A stretch of DNA of 64,000 nucleotides from Planctomycetota bacterium. Lineage in GTDB: Bacteria; Planctomycetota; Phycisphaerae; SM23-33. Under the pieces are notes generated by a model. That model made no database searches. It had not been told where the DNA came from and saw nothing but the letters and a program-made list of their open reading frames with translations. The stretch covers positions 28,417 through 92,416 of the forward strand of contig JAJRYB010000067.1 in assembly GCA_024275995.1 (NCBI GenBank), in the 5' to 3' direction. Below, piece after piece: positions 18,413 to 27,455 of this stretch. The position numbers and the translations under genes were made by a program. Numbering within the stretch: position 1 is the stretch's first letter; every line of letters begins with the position of its first letter.

Positions 18413-19423
18413 TTACGCCTTGGAAGGTACGGGACCGCCCACCGGACGTGGAACCGTCCACCTGTTAATCAACGGAACGACCGCGTTCATCAGCAGCACG
18501 GCGAACATCACGCCCTCCGGATACGCGCTCAGCGAGCGGAGCAGCATGACGATCGCCCCGATTCCCAGCCCGAAGATCCACCTTCCCCTGCCCGTCAGCG
18601 GACTGGTGACCGGATCGGTCGCTATGAACAACGCCCCGAACAGCAACGCCCCTCCCATCAGGTGGTGCCCTACGGTCCACTTGGCCTGCAAGTCCATGAG
18701 ATTCTGCCCCCCGGCGATAATTCCCACAGCCAGCAGAACGCCCAGCGGTATCTGCCATGCTGCGGTCCTGCGGATCAGCAGGTACAACCCGCCCAGCAGA
18801 CACGCAAACGCGCTCGTCTCGCCGAGCGAACCGTTGGTGTCACCCCAGAACAGGTCGCCCAGCGACGCGACTTTGCCTTCCTGCTGCAATGCCGTCATCG
18901 GCGTCGCCTGCGTAAGTGCGTCAGGGACGCCAGCCTTCTCCGAGGCTACGTATCCCCCTGCCGCCATCGCAGAGGTGAAGGCGATCATCACGAACGCCCT
19001 GCCGACCATGGCGGGGTTGAATATATTCTGTCCCAGTCCTCCGAAGGCGAGTTTTCCGATTCCGATCGCGGCGAACGACCCGATTACCGCAACGTACCAC
19101 GGCGCCGTACCCGGAAGGGAAAACGCCAGTATCACACCCGTCACCACCGCGGAGAAGTCTCCCAGGCGGCATTGCCGGCGTCGCATCGCCGTGAAGATTC
19201 CCTCCGCGACGACGCAGCTTCCCACGCATATCGCCAGCACCCTTGCGGCGTACCATCCGAACACCCACAGGGAGACCAGAAGCACCGGTAACAGTCCGAT
19301 CAGAACGTCCAGCATCATCCATCGCGCAGTTAAGCATCCGCCCCCAAGGTGCGGACCTGGCGCAACGTGCGTTACGGGCGCCTCCGTTTCAGTCGCGTCG
19401 TTATTTACCGTCTCTTGCGTCAT
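18413..19423 (-). CDS. rnfD: Rnf complex subunit D
   Basis: Polytopic membrane protein with GGLGQNIFNPAMVGRAFVMIAF. Contains FMN-attachment-like TGATP.. Confidence 0.88.
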   Translation of the reverse strand: MTQETVNNDATETEAPVTHVAPGPHLGGGCLTARWMMLDVLIGLLPVLLVSLWVFGWYAARVLAICVGSCVVAEGIFTAMRRRQCRLGDFSAVVTGVILAFSLPGTAPWYVAVIGSFAAIGIGKLAFGGLGQNIFNPAMVGRAFVMIAFTSAMAAGGYVASEKAGVPDALTQATPMTALQQEGKVASLGDLFWGDTNGSLGETSAFACLLGGLYLLIRRTAAWQIPLGVLLAVGIIAGGQNLMDLQAKWTVGHHLMGGALLFGALFIATDPVTSPLTGRGRWIFGLGIGAIVMLLRSLSAYPEGVMFAVLLMNAVVPLINRWTVPRPVGGPVPSKA

Positions 19424-19435
19424 TGAACCGTCCTG

Positions 19436-20827
19436 TCAAGCTCCGCATCGCAATTCAGTCCGCCGCGGAGTTATTTTTTTCGGCATCTGCGCCTTCCCGA
19501 GGCGGATCAGCTGCACCAGCGGGATCGACGCCGGGCAAACGTAGGCGCAGCAGCCGCACTCCATGCACGCCGTTATGTGATACCTGCGGGCAAGTTCCCA
19601 ATCCCCGTGCTTGGACGCCAGCGCCATCTTGGCCGCCACGAGTTTCAGCGGGCAGACGTCCACGCACTTACCGCAATGCACGCAGGCGGTCTCGTCCGCC
19701 TTTCGGACGTCATCTCGCGTGAGAACGGTAAGTCCGCTGGTGCCCTTGGTCACGGGCGTATCGAGCTCGCCAAGCGTAAAGCCCATCATCGGGCCGCCCG
19801 CGATGACTCGCGCGGCGTCTTCGGTAAGTCCGCCGCAATAGTCAATCAGTTCGCCGTAGCTTATTCCGATCGGAACGAGCAGGTTTTTCGGGTTTCGGAT
19901 TCCGCGTCCCGACACGGTGAGAACCCGGTGCGTGAGCGCCTTGTCGCGGACTACCGCCCTTGCGATCGCAGCCGACGTTCCAACGTTGCACACGACGGCG
20001 CCCACGTCCAGCGGAAGCCCGCCGGTGGGAACCTCACGACCGATCGCCGCGAGAACCGTCTGCTTCTCACCGCCCATGGGATACTTGGTCTTGAGCGAAC
20101 GGACGATCATGTCCGTCCCCTCAGCCGCTTTGAGCATGGTCTCGATGGCGGAAGGTTTGTTGTCTTCGATCGCGACGATTATTCGCTTCGCCCCGCAGGC
20201 ACGGGCTGCCAGCAGCGCCCCGCAGACGATCGCGTCCGGCGCTTCGAGCATCAGGCGATAGTCCGCCGTGAGGTAAGGCTCGCACTCGCAGCCGTTCAGG
20301 AGCAGCGTATCGACCGGCTTTGCGTCGTTGAGTTTCAGCTTGACGTAGGTGGGAAACGCCGCCCCGCCCTGGCCGACGATGCCCGCTTCCCGCACGGCCG
20401 TCACGATGGCGTCCGGCCCGTAACGGTCCAGGCCCGTCTTCGGCCAATCGCCGCCGAGAATGTCTTCAAACAGCGCATCTCCGGAGAGCTGCTGTTCGTC
20501 TGCCTTGATCGGAACCGTCTTGACGTGCCTGCCGTTGGGAAGCGTCGCCACCGAGGACATCGCGACCGTCCCGGTAATCGTGGCGTGAACCGGCGCCGAG
20601 ATGAACGCCTCGGACTCGCCGATTTTCTCGCCCAGGACGACTTGCTGCCTGGCCTTGACCAGCGGTTCGCACTGCGCCCCGAGATGTTGCAGCAGCGGCA
20701 CGGAAACCTTCGCGGGGGTCGGAACGACCTCGATTGCAACATCGGCGGCCAGTGACTTTTCGTCGTGCGGGTGGACGCCGCGTGCGAACGTGCCCTTGGC
20801 GGAAAGTTTCATCGTCGTCGAACCCAT
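19436..20827 (-). CDS. rnfC: Rnf complex subunit C (NADH-binding, 2x4Fe-4S)
   Basis: N-terminal GVHPHD. CVHCGKCVDVCP and CMECGCCAYVCP ferredoxin motifs. Start ATG overlaps the upstream stop (TGATG). Confidence 0.9.
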   Translation of the reverse strand: MGSTTMKLSAKGTFARGVHPHDEKSLAADVAIEVVPTPAKVSVPLLQHLGAQCEPLVKARQQVVLGEKIGESEAFISAPVHATITGTVAMSSVATLPNGRHVKTVPIKADEQQLSGDALFEDILGGDWPKTGLDRYGPDAIVTAVREAGIVGQGGAAFPTYVKLKLNDAKPVDTLLLNGCECEPYLTADYRLMLEAPDAIVCGALLAARACGAKRIIVAIEDNKPSAIETMLKAAEGTDMIVRSLKTKYPMGGEKQTVLAAIGREVPTGGLPLDVGAVVCNVGTSAAIARAVVRDKALTHRVLTVSGRGIRNPKNLLVPIGISYGELIDYCGGLTEDAARVIAGGPMMGFTLGELDTPVTKGTSGLTVLTRDDVRKADETACVHCGKCVDVCPLKLVAAKMALASKHGDWELARRYHITACMECGCCAYVCPASIPLVQLIRLGKAQMPKKITPRRTELRCGA

Positions 20828-21117
20828 CAGCTCTCCTTGCGCATTGCCTTGCTGCGGCGGCGCATTGCGGCGATTGTAACTACCGTCGCCAGGCCGGTAA
20901 ACAGGCCCACCGCGGCGCCGACGAACTGCCCGACCTTCCCGTCGCCGCCGAGGGACGCACCCGCAATCGCCGTCAGCAATGGCAGCACGAACACCGCCAC
21001 CGCCCCGACCGACAAACGCCAGCCGCGCAAATCACCCGCCTGCGGCGCATCGCCGATACCGCACCGTGCGCACCGGCTTGGGCATCCTGCCGTACTTGTC
21101 GTGTTTGGCTTATCCAT
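20827..21117 (-). CDS. RseC/MucC-like small membrane protein, Rnf-associated (putative)
   Basis: 96 aa. N-terminal CPSRCARCG Cys cluster followed by two TM helices. Translationally coupled to rnfC. RseC-like proteins are known neighbours of rnf/rsx. Similarity judged by architecture only. Confidence 0.45.
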   Translation of the reverse strand: MDKPNTTSTAGCPSRCARCGIGDAPQAGDLRGWRLSVGAVAVFVLPLLTAIAGASLGGDGKVGQFVGAAVGLFTGLATVVTIAAMRRRSKAMRKES

Positions 21118-21288
21118 GGGGAACCAAATCCGGAAGGATACTATCTGACTCGCCGGGAAGGAACCTCTTATTTGCCCAAAATACCAAAAGCCCCCTCCGC
21201 TTCAAAGGGAGATTCAATTCGCCCGCCACTTGCCCGACGAAGCCCCGGCCGATACGATGCCTGAAGTTTCGTAACGGAAGGTGGCGTA

Positions 21289-22020
21289 ATGGTCAAGGTA
21301 TCGGTGATCGTCCCGGGCGCCGGCGCCGGGAGGCGCTTCGGCGGTCGTGGAAATAAAATATTCCAGCGGTTGAAGGGTCAGCCCGTTTTCATCCGAACGC
21401 TCGAGGCCTTCACGCTGCGAGACGATGTCTGCCAGACGCAGCTGGTGGTTTCCACGGAGGACATGGATGAGATCAAGGAACGGTTCGGCGGGAACCTGGG
21501 CTTCATGAACGTCGCCGTAACCGTAGGCGGCGCGACTCGCGCAGATTCGGTCCGAAACGCCCTGTCCAACGTCTCCGACGAGGCGGAGCTTATCTGCGTG
21601 CACGATGCGGTTCGCCCCTGTATAGCGGCGCCGTGGATCGACGCCGTGTTCGAGAAAGCGGAGAAAACCGGCGCGGCGATACTGGCCTATCCCCTGCACG
21701 GAACGCTGAAAAACGTGGGCGAAGGCGACGTGATCTGCGAAACGCTCTCACGCGCGGGCCTGTGGGAGGCCCAGACGCCGCAGGTCTTCCGGAAAGACCT
21801 GCTGATCAAGGCGTACGAAGGCGACCTTTTCGGCGCCACCGACGATGCCAGGCTCGTCGAAGCGATCGGACATCCCGTAAGCGTCGTCATGGGCGATCCG
21901 AGGAATATCAAGATAACGACCGCCGGCGACCTGGCAATGGCGGAGAGCGTCATCAAGTCGCTCCCGAAACCCAAACCCAAAGGCGGCTTCGACCACCCGT
22001 TCGCCGAATCGCGGCAGTAA
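21289..22020 (+). CDS. ispD: 2-C-methyl-D-erythritol 4-phosphate cytidylyltransferase IspD
   Basis: VIVPGAGAGRRFG, VHDAVRPC and the overall IspD order. 243 aa. Confidence 0.88.
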   Translation: MVKVSVIVPGAGAGRRFGGRGNKIFQRLKGQPVFIRTLEAFTLRDDVCQTQLVVSTEDMDEIKERFGGNLGFMNVAVTVGGATRADSVRNALSNVSDEAELICVHDAVRPCIAAPWIDAVFEKAEKTGAAILAYPLHGTLKNVGEGDVICETLSRAGLWEAQTPQVFRKDLLIKAYEGDLFGATDDARLVEAIGHPVSVVMGDPRNIKITTAGDLAMAESVIKSLPKPKPKGGFDHPFAESRQ

Positions 22021-22042
22021 CGGTCTAATCCGAATACTTTAA

Positions 22043-22215
22043 CCACGGAGGGCACGGAGGCCACAAAGAGAGCTGCCCCAAAAAGAGTTGTGAGACTAAT
22101 TGATGATTCTTGATAAAAGCCCGAATAAGCATAGTGTTCTTTTTCAGAGTGCTCCGCATTTTCGATAACCGCTTTTGATACAATAACCTCGGTGTTCTCT
22201 GTGCTCTCTGTGGTG
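22043..22215. repeat. AT-rich ~115-bp core flanked by inverted CAGAG-rich arms (family-2 intergenic repeat, copy C)
   Basis: Arm CCACGGAGGGCACGGAGGCCACAAAGAGAGC (22043..22073). Its inverted partner TTCTCTGTGCTCTCTGTGGTG (22195..22215). GC content far below the surroundings. Related arm at 59013..59040. Confidence 0.6.
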
Positions 22216-22234
22216 AAAAACGCGGTCTAAATAA

Positions 22235-22633
22235 ATGTCACATACGCTGATAAAACTCGGATACATAGCCGCCGGAGGGGCCATCGGCGCCGTGCTGCGG
22301 TACGGCGCGTCCGGGCTTGCATACCGCTGGCTGGGCGACGGCTTCCCGTGGGGAACGCTCGCGGTTAACATGATCGGGTCGTTCCTGATCGGACTTATCT
22401 ACCAGGTCTCACAGGCGATAAGCGTATCGCCGAACGTGCGATTGCTGACGATGGTTGGACTTCTCGGTGCGTTCACGACGTTCTCGACCTTCAGCCTGGA
22501 AACGCTGAACCTGATAACCAAACGCCTGTTCGCCGCGGCGGCGTGGAATATCCTGGCGAGCGTCGGCGCCGGGCTTCTTCTGGCGCTGTTGGGAATCGAA
22601 GTGGGCCGACTGCTGCTGGGGCCCGGACGATAG
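22235..22633 (+). CDS. crcB: Fluoride ion channel CrcB/FluC
   Basis: GAVLRYG...GTLAVNMIGSFLIG...GAFTTFSTFSLE is a CrcB signature. 132 aa. Confidence 0.88.
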   Translation: MSHTLIKLGYIAAGGAIGAVLRYGASGLAYRWLGDGFPWGTLAVNMIGSFLIGLIYQVSQAISVSPNVRLLTMVGLLGAFTTFSTFSLETLNLITKRLFAAAAWNILASVGAGLLLALLGIEVGRLLLGPGR

Positions 22634-22644
22634 GAGGCAAAAAG

Positions 22645-22986
22645 ATGAAACTTTCCGGACAGGCGACACTGCTGCGGGTCTTCGTGGGCGAATCCGACCA
22701 CTTCGAAGGAAAACCGCTCTACGAGCAGATCGTTCACCGTGCGAGAAAAATGAATATCGCCGGCGCCACCGTTCTGCGGGGCGTTATGGGCTACGGCGCG
22801 ACCAGCCGGGTGCACACCACCTCGCTACTGAGGCTGAGCGAGGACCTTCCGATCGTCGTCGAGATAATCGATACGGAGGAAAAACTCGCGCCGCTGCTCC
22901 CGTTTCTGGACTCCGCGGTGGAAGAAGGCCTGATAACGATGGAGAAGGTCCACATCGTCAAGTACCGTCACGGACCGGCGCAGTAG
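22645..22986 (+). CDS. DUF190/COG1993 P-II-like protein (typical crcB partner)
   Basis: MKLSGQATLLRVFVGESDHFEGKPLYEQIV.., 113 aa, directly downstream of crcB with an AGGAGG RBS. Start trimmed to the ATG at 22645. Confidence 0.75.
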   Translation: MKLSGQATLLRVFVGESDHFEGKPLYEQIVHRARKMNIAGATVLRGVMGYGATSRVHTTSLLRLSEDLPIVVEIIDTEEKLAPLLPFLDSAVEEGLITMEKVHIVKYRHGPAQ

Positions 22987-25378
22987 GCTTTCTCTTTCTC
23001 GTCGTCATCGCCTTGGCGCGTGCTCGCAGGCGGGCGATCTCTGCCAGCTCCGACGCGGTGAATCGCTTGACGCTTTCCGGCAGCAGGCTTCCGTCGATTC
23101 GCTCCGCCCGGCGCAACTGTTCGAGGCACTCCGCCGCCGCACCGGAATCGCAGAGCTTTCGGGCCAGTTCCAGGCGCATGCGCAGCGCCATCGGGTTCAG
23201 TTCTATCGCACGCCGCATCGGCAAGAGCCAGGACGGATCGAGTATCGCCACGGCGGCGCCGCTCGCCGAAGTACCATGGCGGCCGGGCTTCATCATCTCC
23301 GGGTTTATCCTGTACCAGTTGATCCTCCCCCGCAGCAACCAGCTCGACGATCGCAACGGGTCCCGCTCGATCGCCTCCTCCGCCAGTGCGTCCGCACGCG
23401 ACAGGATGGCGTCCAGGTCCGACCTCGCCTCCAGCATCGCCGTCTGGAGGACCAGTTTCGCCGCGTCCCCAGCCGCGATTGCGTCCAGCGGATCGTCACG
23501 CGACGCCAGCTCCATAAGTCTCGCCGCCGCGCCGACCTGCGGCGGGCGACGTTGAAGCTGTCGCAGCGCCGATTCGGTATGGACGCTTCTCCGCCAGAGA
23601 GGTGGGCAGAAGACAATCGCAGCCGTCACGACGGCCGCGGCAGCGACGATGGCGATCGTCCATCGGGTAAGACCCGCCAGGCGTCGCCTTCCGGCGCCGG
23701 CGCTTCCCATGCACGCCCCGGCCGTGACCCAAAACAGCATCGCCGCCGCGGGTGTCCACAGGGTGAATGTCACGAGATTATGCAGGATGAACGCGACGAG
23801 TCCGCCCGCCAGCGCAACGCGAACCGGAGCGCCCGGGGCGAGCAGTCCGTCGCGCAGGCGTTCCCCGGACCACAGGACCAATCCCGCGGCGATGGCGAAA
23901 AAAGCCGCCGGAATCGTCACTTCCAGCAGCAATCCCCCGCCGGAGGCGCCGAAAACCGTAAGCGTCGCCCGCGCCGCGGCAATCGCAGCGGCGGGAACAA
24001 GCAGCATCCAAAGCCCCAAACGCCCCGGTGGCGCGCGGGGATGCGTCTTATCCCCTTGCCCCGGCCGGCACGCGCCGATAACAACGCACGCCAGCAGAAG
24101 CAGGTAGCACGCCCCGCCTGCAACGCCGTACTGCACCAGCGCGTGAACGATGAAATTGTGCGGCGTTTTAACTTCCTCCTCCGCCGAGGCTCGCCGGTGC
24201 ATCAGGTAATATGCGGGAAAGTTACCCGGCCCAACGCCCAGCAGCGGTCGGCTGCGAACGATCCTCGCCGAGGCGCTCCAGTAGTACCAGCGGAACGTCA
24301 TCGTTTTGGTCGGCAGACGATCGTGGATCATTGCGAAACCGACGACCCCCGCCAAAAGCAGTACGAATACCAGCCCGGCGGCGATCGCCGTTCGGCGCCA
24401 CCTGCGTGCGAGCCTGCGGCGTGCCAGGTATGCGATTATCGCGCCCGCCGAGGCAATGGCGGCGCCCCCCAACGCTCCCCTGCTGCCGGTAAGCGCCAAC
24501 GTAACGGGTATCGCCGCCACGATTGCGACGGTTATCGCCGCCGCCAGTGTGGGCGCGTGGACCTCGCCTTTTTTCCGCTTCTGCGACCACGCCCGTCGCA
24601 CGCGAAGGGCGGTCGAGAGTTTCTCAGCCGCCAGACCAATCGCCGCGCCGAGCGTCACCAGCAGCGTGGAAGCGAACACGTTCGAAAGTGCGATGTAACC
24701 GGTCGGCGAGGCGGACCTCACGCGGGCTTCGAAGAGTCTCGCAGCCGGCGAACCGGGCGGCGCACCGGTCGGCCCGACGCCGCCGGCTGGGTTGTCCTCG
24801 AAAAAGGCGATATTTTCCGGGATCTCGACGAAGTATTGCCACAACCCCTTGCCCGCGAGCGTCACGCCCAGGGCAACCAGCAGCACCACGAGCACGGCGA
24901 ACCGTTTTTTTCCATCGCGCGAAGCGCATAGTTGCATCGCCAACCAGCATGCCGAGATAAGCGAGACCTGCTCCAGCCAACCCGTCCACCCGGCCCGCTT
25001 GTCGGATGCGCCCATCGCCGAGAAAAACGACAGGACGACGAACGCCAGGATCGGCCAGACCAGCCAGGCGTGATGAATAATCGTTCCTCCGGATATCGCC
25101 CCTCCGATCAGCCAGAGCGCCACGGCTGAGAGGATAACGACGGCGAAGGTAACCCGCGCCGCTTCCATCCGGTCGATCGGAGGCAGAGGCTCCTCGCCGT
25201 CGCCCATGGCCGGGGAGAAGCTCTGGAAGCTCAGCGACGATACCCGAAAGCCCAACTCGGATATGAAAGGACGGGCCGTCATCACCGCAAGGAGCGTAAC
25301 GAACGCTGCGGTTCGCAGGGCGCGGGCAGCGGCGGAAAGCCCCGGCGACACATCTGCGGTATTATGCTTTGCGATCAT
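22958..25378 (-). CDS. O-antigen ligase (Wzy_C/WaaL)-like polytopic membrane protein with C-terminal TPR-like soluble domain
   Basis: More than 10 predicted TM segments. HNFIVHALVQYGVAGG region typical of O-antigen-ligase family loops. Helical repeat C-terminus. The ORF-track N-terminus (25447) lies inside the 41-bp repeat, so the start is trimmed to MIAKHNTADVS (ATG at 25378). Confidence 0.6.
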   Translation of the reverse strand: MIAKHNTADVSPGLSAAARALRTAAFVTLLAVMTARPFISELGFRVSSLSFQSFSPAMGDGEEPLPPIDRMEAARVTFAVVILSAVALWLIGGAISGGTIIHHAWLVWPILAFVVLSFFSAMGASDKRAGWTGWLEQVSLISACWLAMQLCASRDGKKRFAVLVVLLVALGVTLAGKGLWQYFVEIPENIAFFEDNPAGGVGPTGAPPGSPAARLFEARVRSASPTGYIALSNVFASTLLVTLGAAIGLAAEKLSTALRVRRAWSQKRKKGEVHAPTLAAAITVAIVAAIPVTLALTGSRGALGGAAIASAGAIIAYLARRRLARRWRRTAIAAGLVFVLLLAGVVGFAMIHDRLPTKTMTFRWYYWSASARIVRSRPLLGVGPGNFPAYYLMHRRASAEEEVKTPHNFIVHALVQYGVAGGACYLLLLACVVIGACRPGQGDKTHPRAPPGRLGLWMLLVPAAAIAAARATLTVFGASGGGLLLEVTIPAAFFAIAAGLVLWSGERLRDGLLAPGAPVRVALAGGLVAFILHNLVTFTLWTPAAAMLFWVTAGACMGSAGAGRRRLAGLTRWTIAIVAAAAVVTAAIVFCPPLWRRSVHTESALRQLQRRPPQVGAAARLMELASRDDPLDAIAAGDAAKLVLQTAMLEARSDLDAILSRADALAEEAIERDPLRSSSWLLRGRINWYRINPEMMKPGRHGTSASGAAVAILDPSWLLPMRRAIELNPMALRMRLELARKLCDSGAAAECLEQLRRAERIDGSLLPESVKRFTASELAEIARLRARAKAMTTRKRKPTAPVRDGT

Positions 25379-25387
25379 GATTTTTTT

Positions 25388-25640
25388 GATATCCACCTCG
25401 CGCCATGTGCCTGTGCTCACAGTTTTTTGATATCCACCTCGCGCCATGTGCCTGTGCTCACAGTTTTTTGATATCCACCTCGCGCCATGTGCCCGTGCTC
25501 ACAGTTTTTTGATATCCACCTCGCGCCATGTACCCGTGCTCACAGTTTTTTGATATCCACCTCGCGCCATGTGCCCGTGCTCGCAGTTTTTTGATATCCA
25601 CCTCGCGCCATGTGCCTGTGTTCACACTTTTTTGACGGGC
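25388..25640. repeat. Tandem direct repeat, 6 x 41 bp plus a degenerate seventh copy
   Basis: Unit GATATCCACCTCGCGCCATGTGCC[T/C]GTGCTCACAGTTTTTT starts at 25388, 25429, 25470, 25511, 25552 and 25593. A partial copy starts at 25634. There are 1-2 substitutions per copy. The array fills the gap between the GT4 gene stop and the ligase-like gene start. Confidence 0.95.
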
Positions 25641-26710
25641 GATTCGAGCAGCGCTATGATCAGCAGGATTGCGATGGTCTGCGCGAACAGCAGAACCGCG
25701 CCCACGGCGTCCACTCGCGCAAGCAGCGAAGCGCAGATCGCCGTCGCGGCAGTGCACAGGCAGATCGTCAGCAGCGCTGTCCGCGCGCTCATTCCGCGTC
25801 GGAGCAGGCGATGCGAAAAATGCCTCCGATCGCCGATCATCGGATTGGCGCGTTCGCGAATCCGCAGTGTGATCACGCTCGCCATATCGTAAAGCGGAAC
25901 GGCCATCAGCACCAGCGGCACGAATATCCCGTACAGGTAATAGGTCTGCCCCGGTGAAACGTAGGTCGTCAGACAGCTCACGACGCCCAGGAAGTATCCG
26001 ATCAGCATCGACCCGGCGTCGCCCATGTACGTTCGCGCCGGGGGAAAATTATAGGGCAGGAACCCCAGCAGCGCCCCGATGATCAGGCACAACCACGCCG
26101 AGACGAATATCTGCCCCATGCTCGCCGAGGCGCTCAGCAGCGCCACGGCGCAGATAACCGCCACCGAGGCGCTCAGCCCGTCCATGTTGTCCAGGAAGTT
26201 GAAGGCGTTGATAATCACGATAAGCCAGGCAAGCGAAACGATGAAGCTGACCGCCCCCCCGACGGCAGTGAGAATCCGCACGTCGCACAGCCAGACCACA
26301 CCACCGGCTACCATGACCTGTGCGGCGAGTTTCACCCACGGACCCAGCGCCCTGCGATCGTCGATAAGCCCGACAACGTGCAGTACGAACGCCCCGGCGA
26401 GAATGCCCAGCGCCTTTGGCGCCTTAAGCGCCGCCCCGGAAATGTGGGGCTTGATAGCGTCGGGAATCCAGTCCGGCACGCCGGACGCCGTCCAGATTCG
26501 CGCCAGCGACAGCGCCAGGAGGCTTGGAATAAGAATCGCGACGAAGATTGCACTTCCGCCCAGCAGGGGAACGGGCGTCGCGTGCGTCTTACGCAGGCCC
26601 GGGGGATCCATTATTCCCCATTGACGCGCAAGGCGCTGCGAAACCGGCGTCGCAAGCGCAGAAATCGCCACCGCGAGTGCGATAGTTCCGACGGCTGCCC
26701 ATATTATCAC
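25622..26710 (-). CDS. Glycosyltransferase family 4 (MraY/WecA-like undecaprenyl-phosphate sugar-1-phosphate transferase)
   Basis: NAFNFLDNMDGL motif and polytopic topology. 362 aa. Confidence 0.85.
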   Translation of the reverse strand: MIIWAAVGTIALAVAISALATPVSQRLARQWGIMDPPGLRKTHATPVPLLGGSAIFVAILIPSLLALSLARIWTASGVPDWIPDAIKPHISGAALKAPKALGILAGAFVLHVVGLIDDRRALGPWVKLAAQVMVAGGVVWLCDVRILTAVGGAVSFIVSLAWLIVIINAFNFLDNMDGLSASVAVICAVALLSASASMGQIFVSAWLCLIIGALLGFLPYNFPPARTYMGDAGSMLIGYFLGVVSCLTTYVSPGQTYYLYGIFVPLVLMAVPLYDMASVITLRIRERANPMIGDRRHFSHRLLRRGMSARTALLTICLCTAATAICASLLARVDAVGAVLLFAQTIAILLIIALLESPVKKV

Positions 26711-27270
26711 TTGCAGGCCTCCTTTTGACTTTGCGCGCCGGAGAGCAACACCTTGCGTGCGGAGGTGAGGAAATTATCATATCGCCCGGAGGCGTAGTCC
26801 GGAAACGTCCATGGCAGCGGTCGCCATTCACCTTTTTGATACATCAGCGTAATTTCCGCCCAGACGCCCGCGGAGAGATAAATCCGATGCGAAAAATTCT
26901 TCATGCTCGCCAGCACGAGCTTGCTGGCGGCGATGTATCCGGGGTCCAGGTTGATCGGCCGGGCCGGATCGTTCCCGGCAGCGGCTGCGAAATCGCGCTC
27001 CATGCCGTTGGTGGCGAGCTTGACTTCGACAATACTATCGGGTTTCACCGGTTCGGCAAAGGCGACGAATCGCCGTAACAGCGGCGCGGACATTTCGGCG
27101 TCGTAATAATGCGTCAAGTCGAATGGCGTGTCGTCACTTATGATGTCCACGCCGCCGAAGCTTTCGGAGAGGCGCTCGGTTGCAGCGTCGAACAGCGTTT
27201 TGTCCGCGGATATCATGCCGCAGATCAGTTTAACCTCGGGCGGTTCGACAGCCTCTGCCATGCGCGGCAT
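26707..27270 (-). CDS. DUF4416-like protein
   Basis: PPEVKLICGMISADKTLFD... N-terminus and ~185 aa size resemble DUF4416. Start chosen at MPRMAEAV (27270); 27261 is an alternative. Stop overlaps the GT4 start (ATGA). Confidence 0.45.
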   Translation of the reverse strand: MPRMAEAVEPPEVKLICGMISADKTLFDAATERLSESFGGVDIISDDTPFDLTHYYDAEMSAPLLRRFVAFAEPVKPDSIVEVKLATNGMERDFAAAAGNDPARPINLDPGYIAASKLVLASMKNFSHRIYLSAGVWAEITLMYQKGEWRPLPWTFPDYASGRYDNFLTSARKVLLSGAQSQKEACK

Positions 27271-27455
27271 TGTCGCGCCGCCGTCTCGCCCTGTCAACGT
27301 CGCCGACGCACCTTGACTCAGCCATGGAATCTTCCCACGACCGAGACGGCCGTGATACACACGGGCAAGATGCCCGTGCCACACACTTGACGATTGCAAA
27401 TCCCAGCCGATTTCTATGTAATCGTCGGGACGATTCTTAATTCACGGAACCAGAA

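Noticed and set aside
19577-20755. 392-aa plus-strand ORF
   Set aside because: It lies antisense to rnfC.
22020-22235. Fluoride riboswitch upstream of crcB
   Set aside because: The conserved crcB-motif core was not found by eye. It is retained only as a question under findings.
25388-25640. Possible CRISPR array
   Set aside because: The repeats are directly contiguous with no spacers. The unit is 41 bp, there are no cas genes, and the repeat is not palindromic in the CRISPR manner.
25378-25757. ORFs encoding MARGGYQKTVSTGTWREVDIKK repeats (N-terminus of 22958..25447, and 25458..25757)
   Set aside because: They are produced by translating the 41-bp tandem repeat. The ligase-like gene start was moved to 25378.
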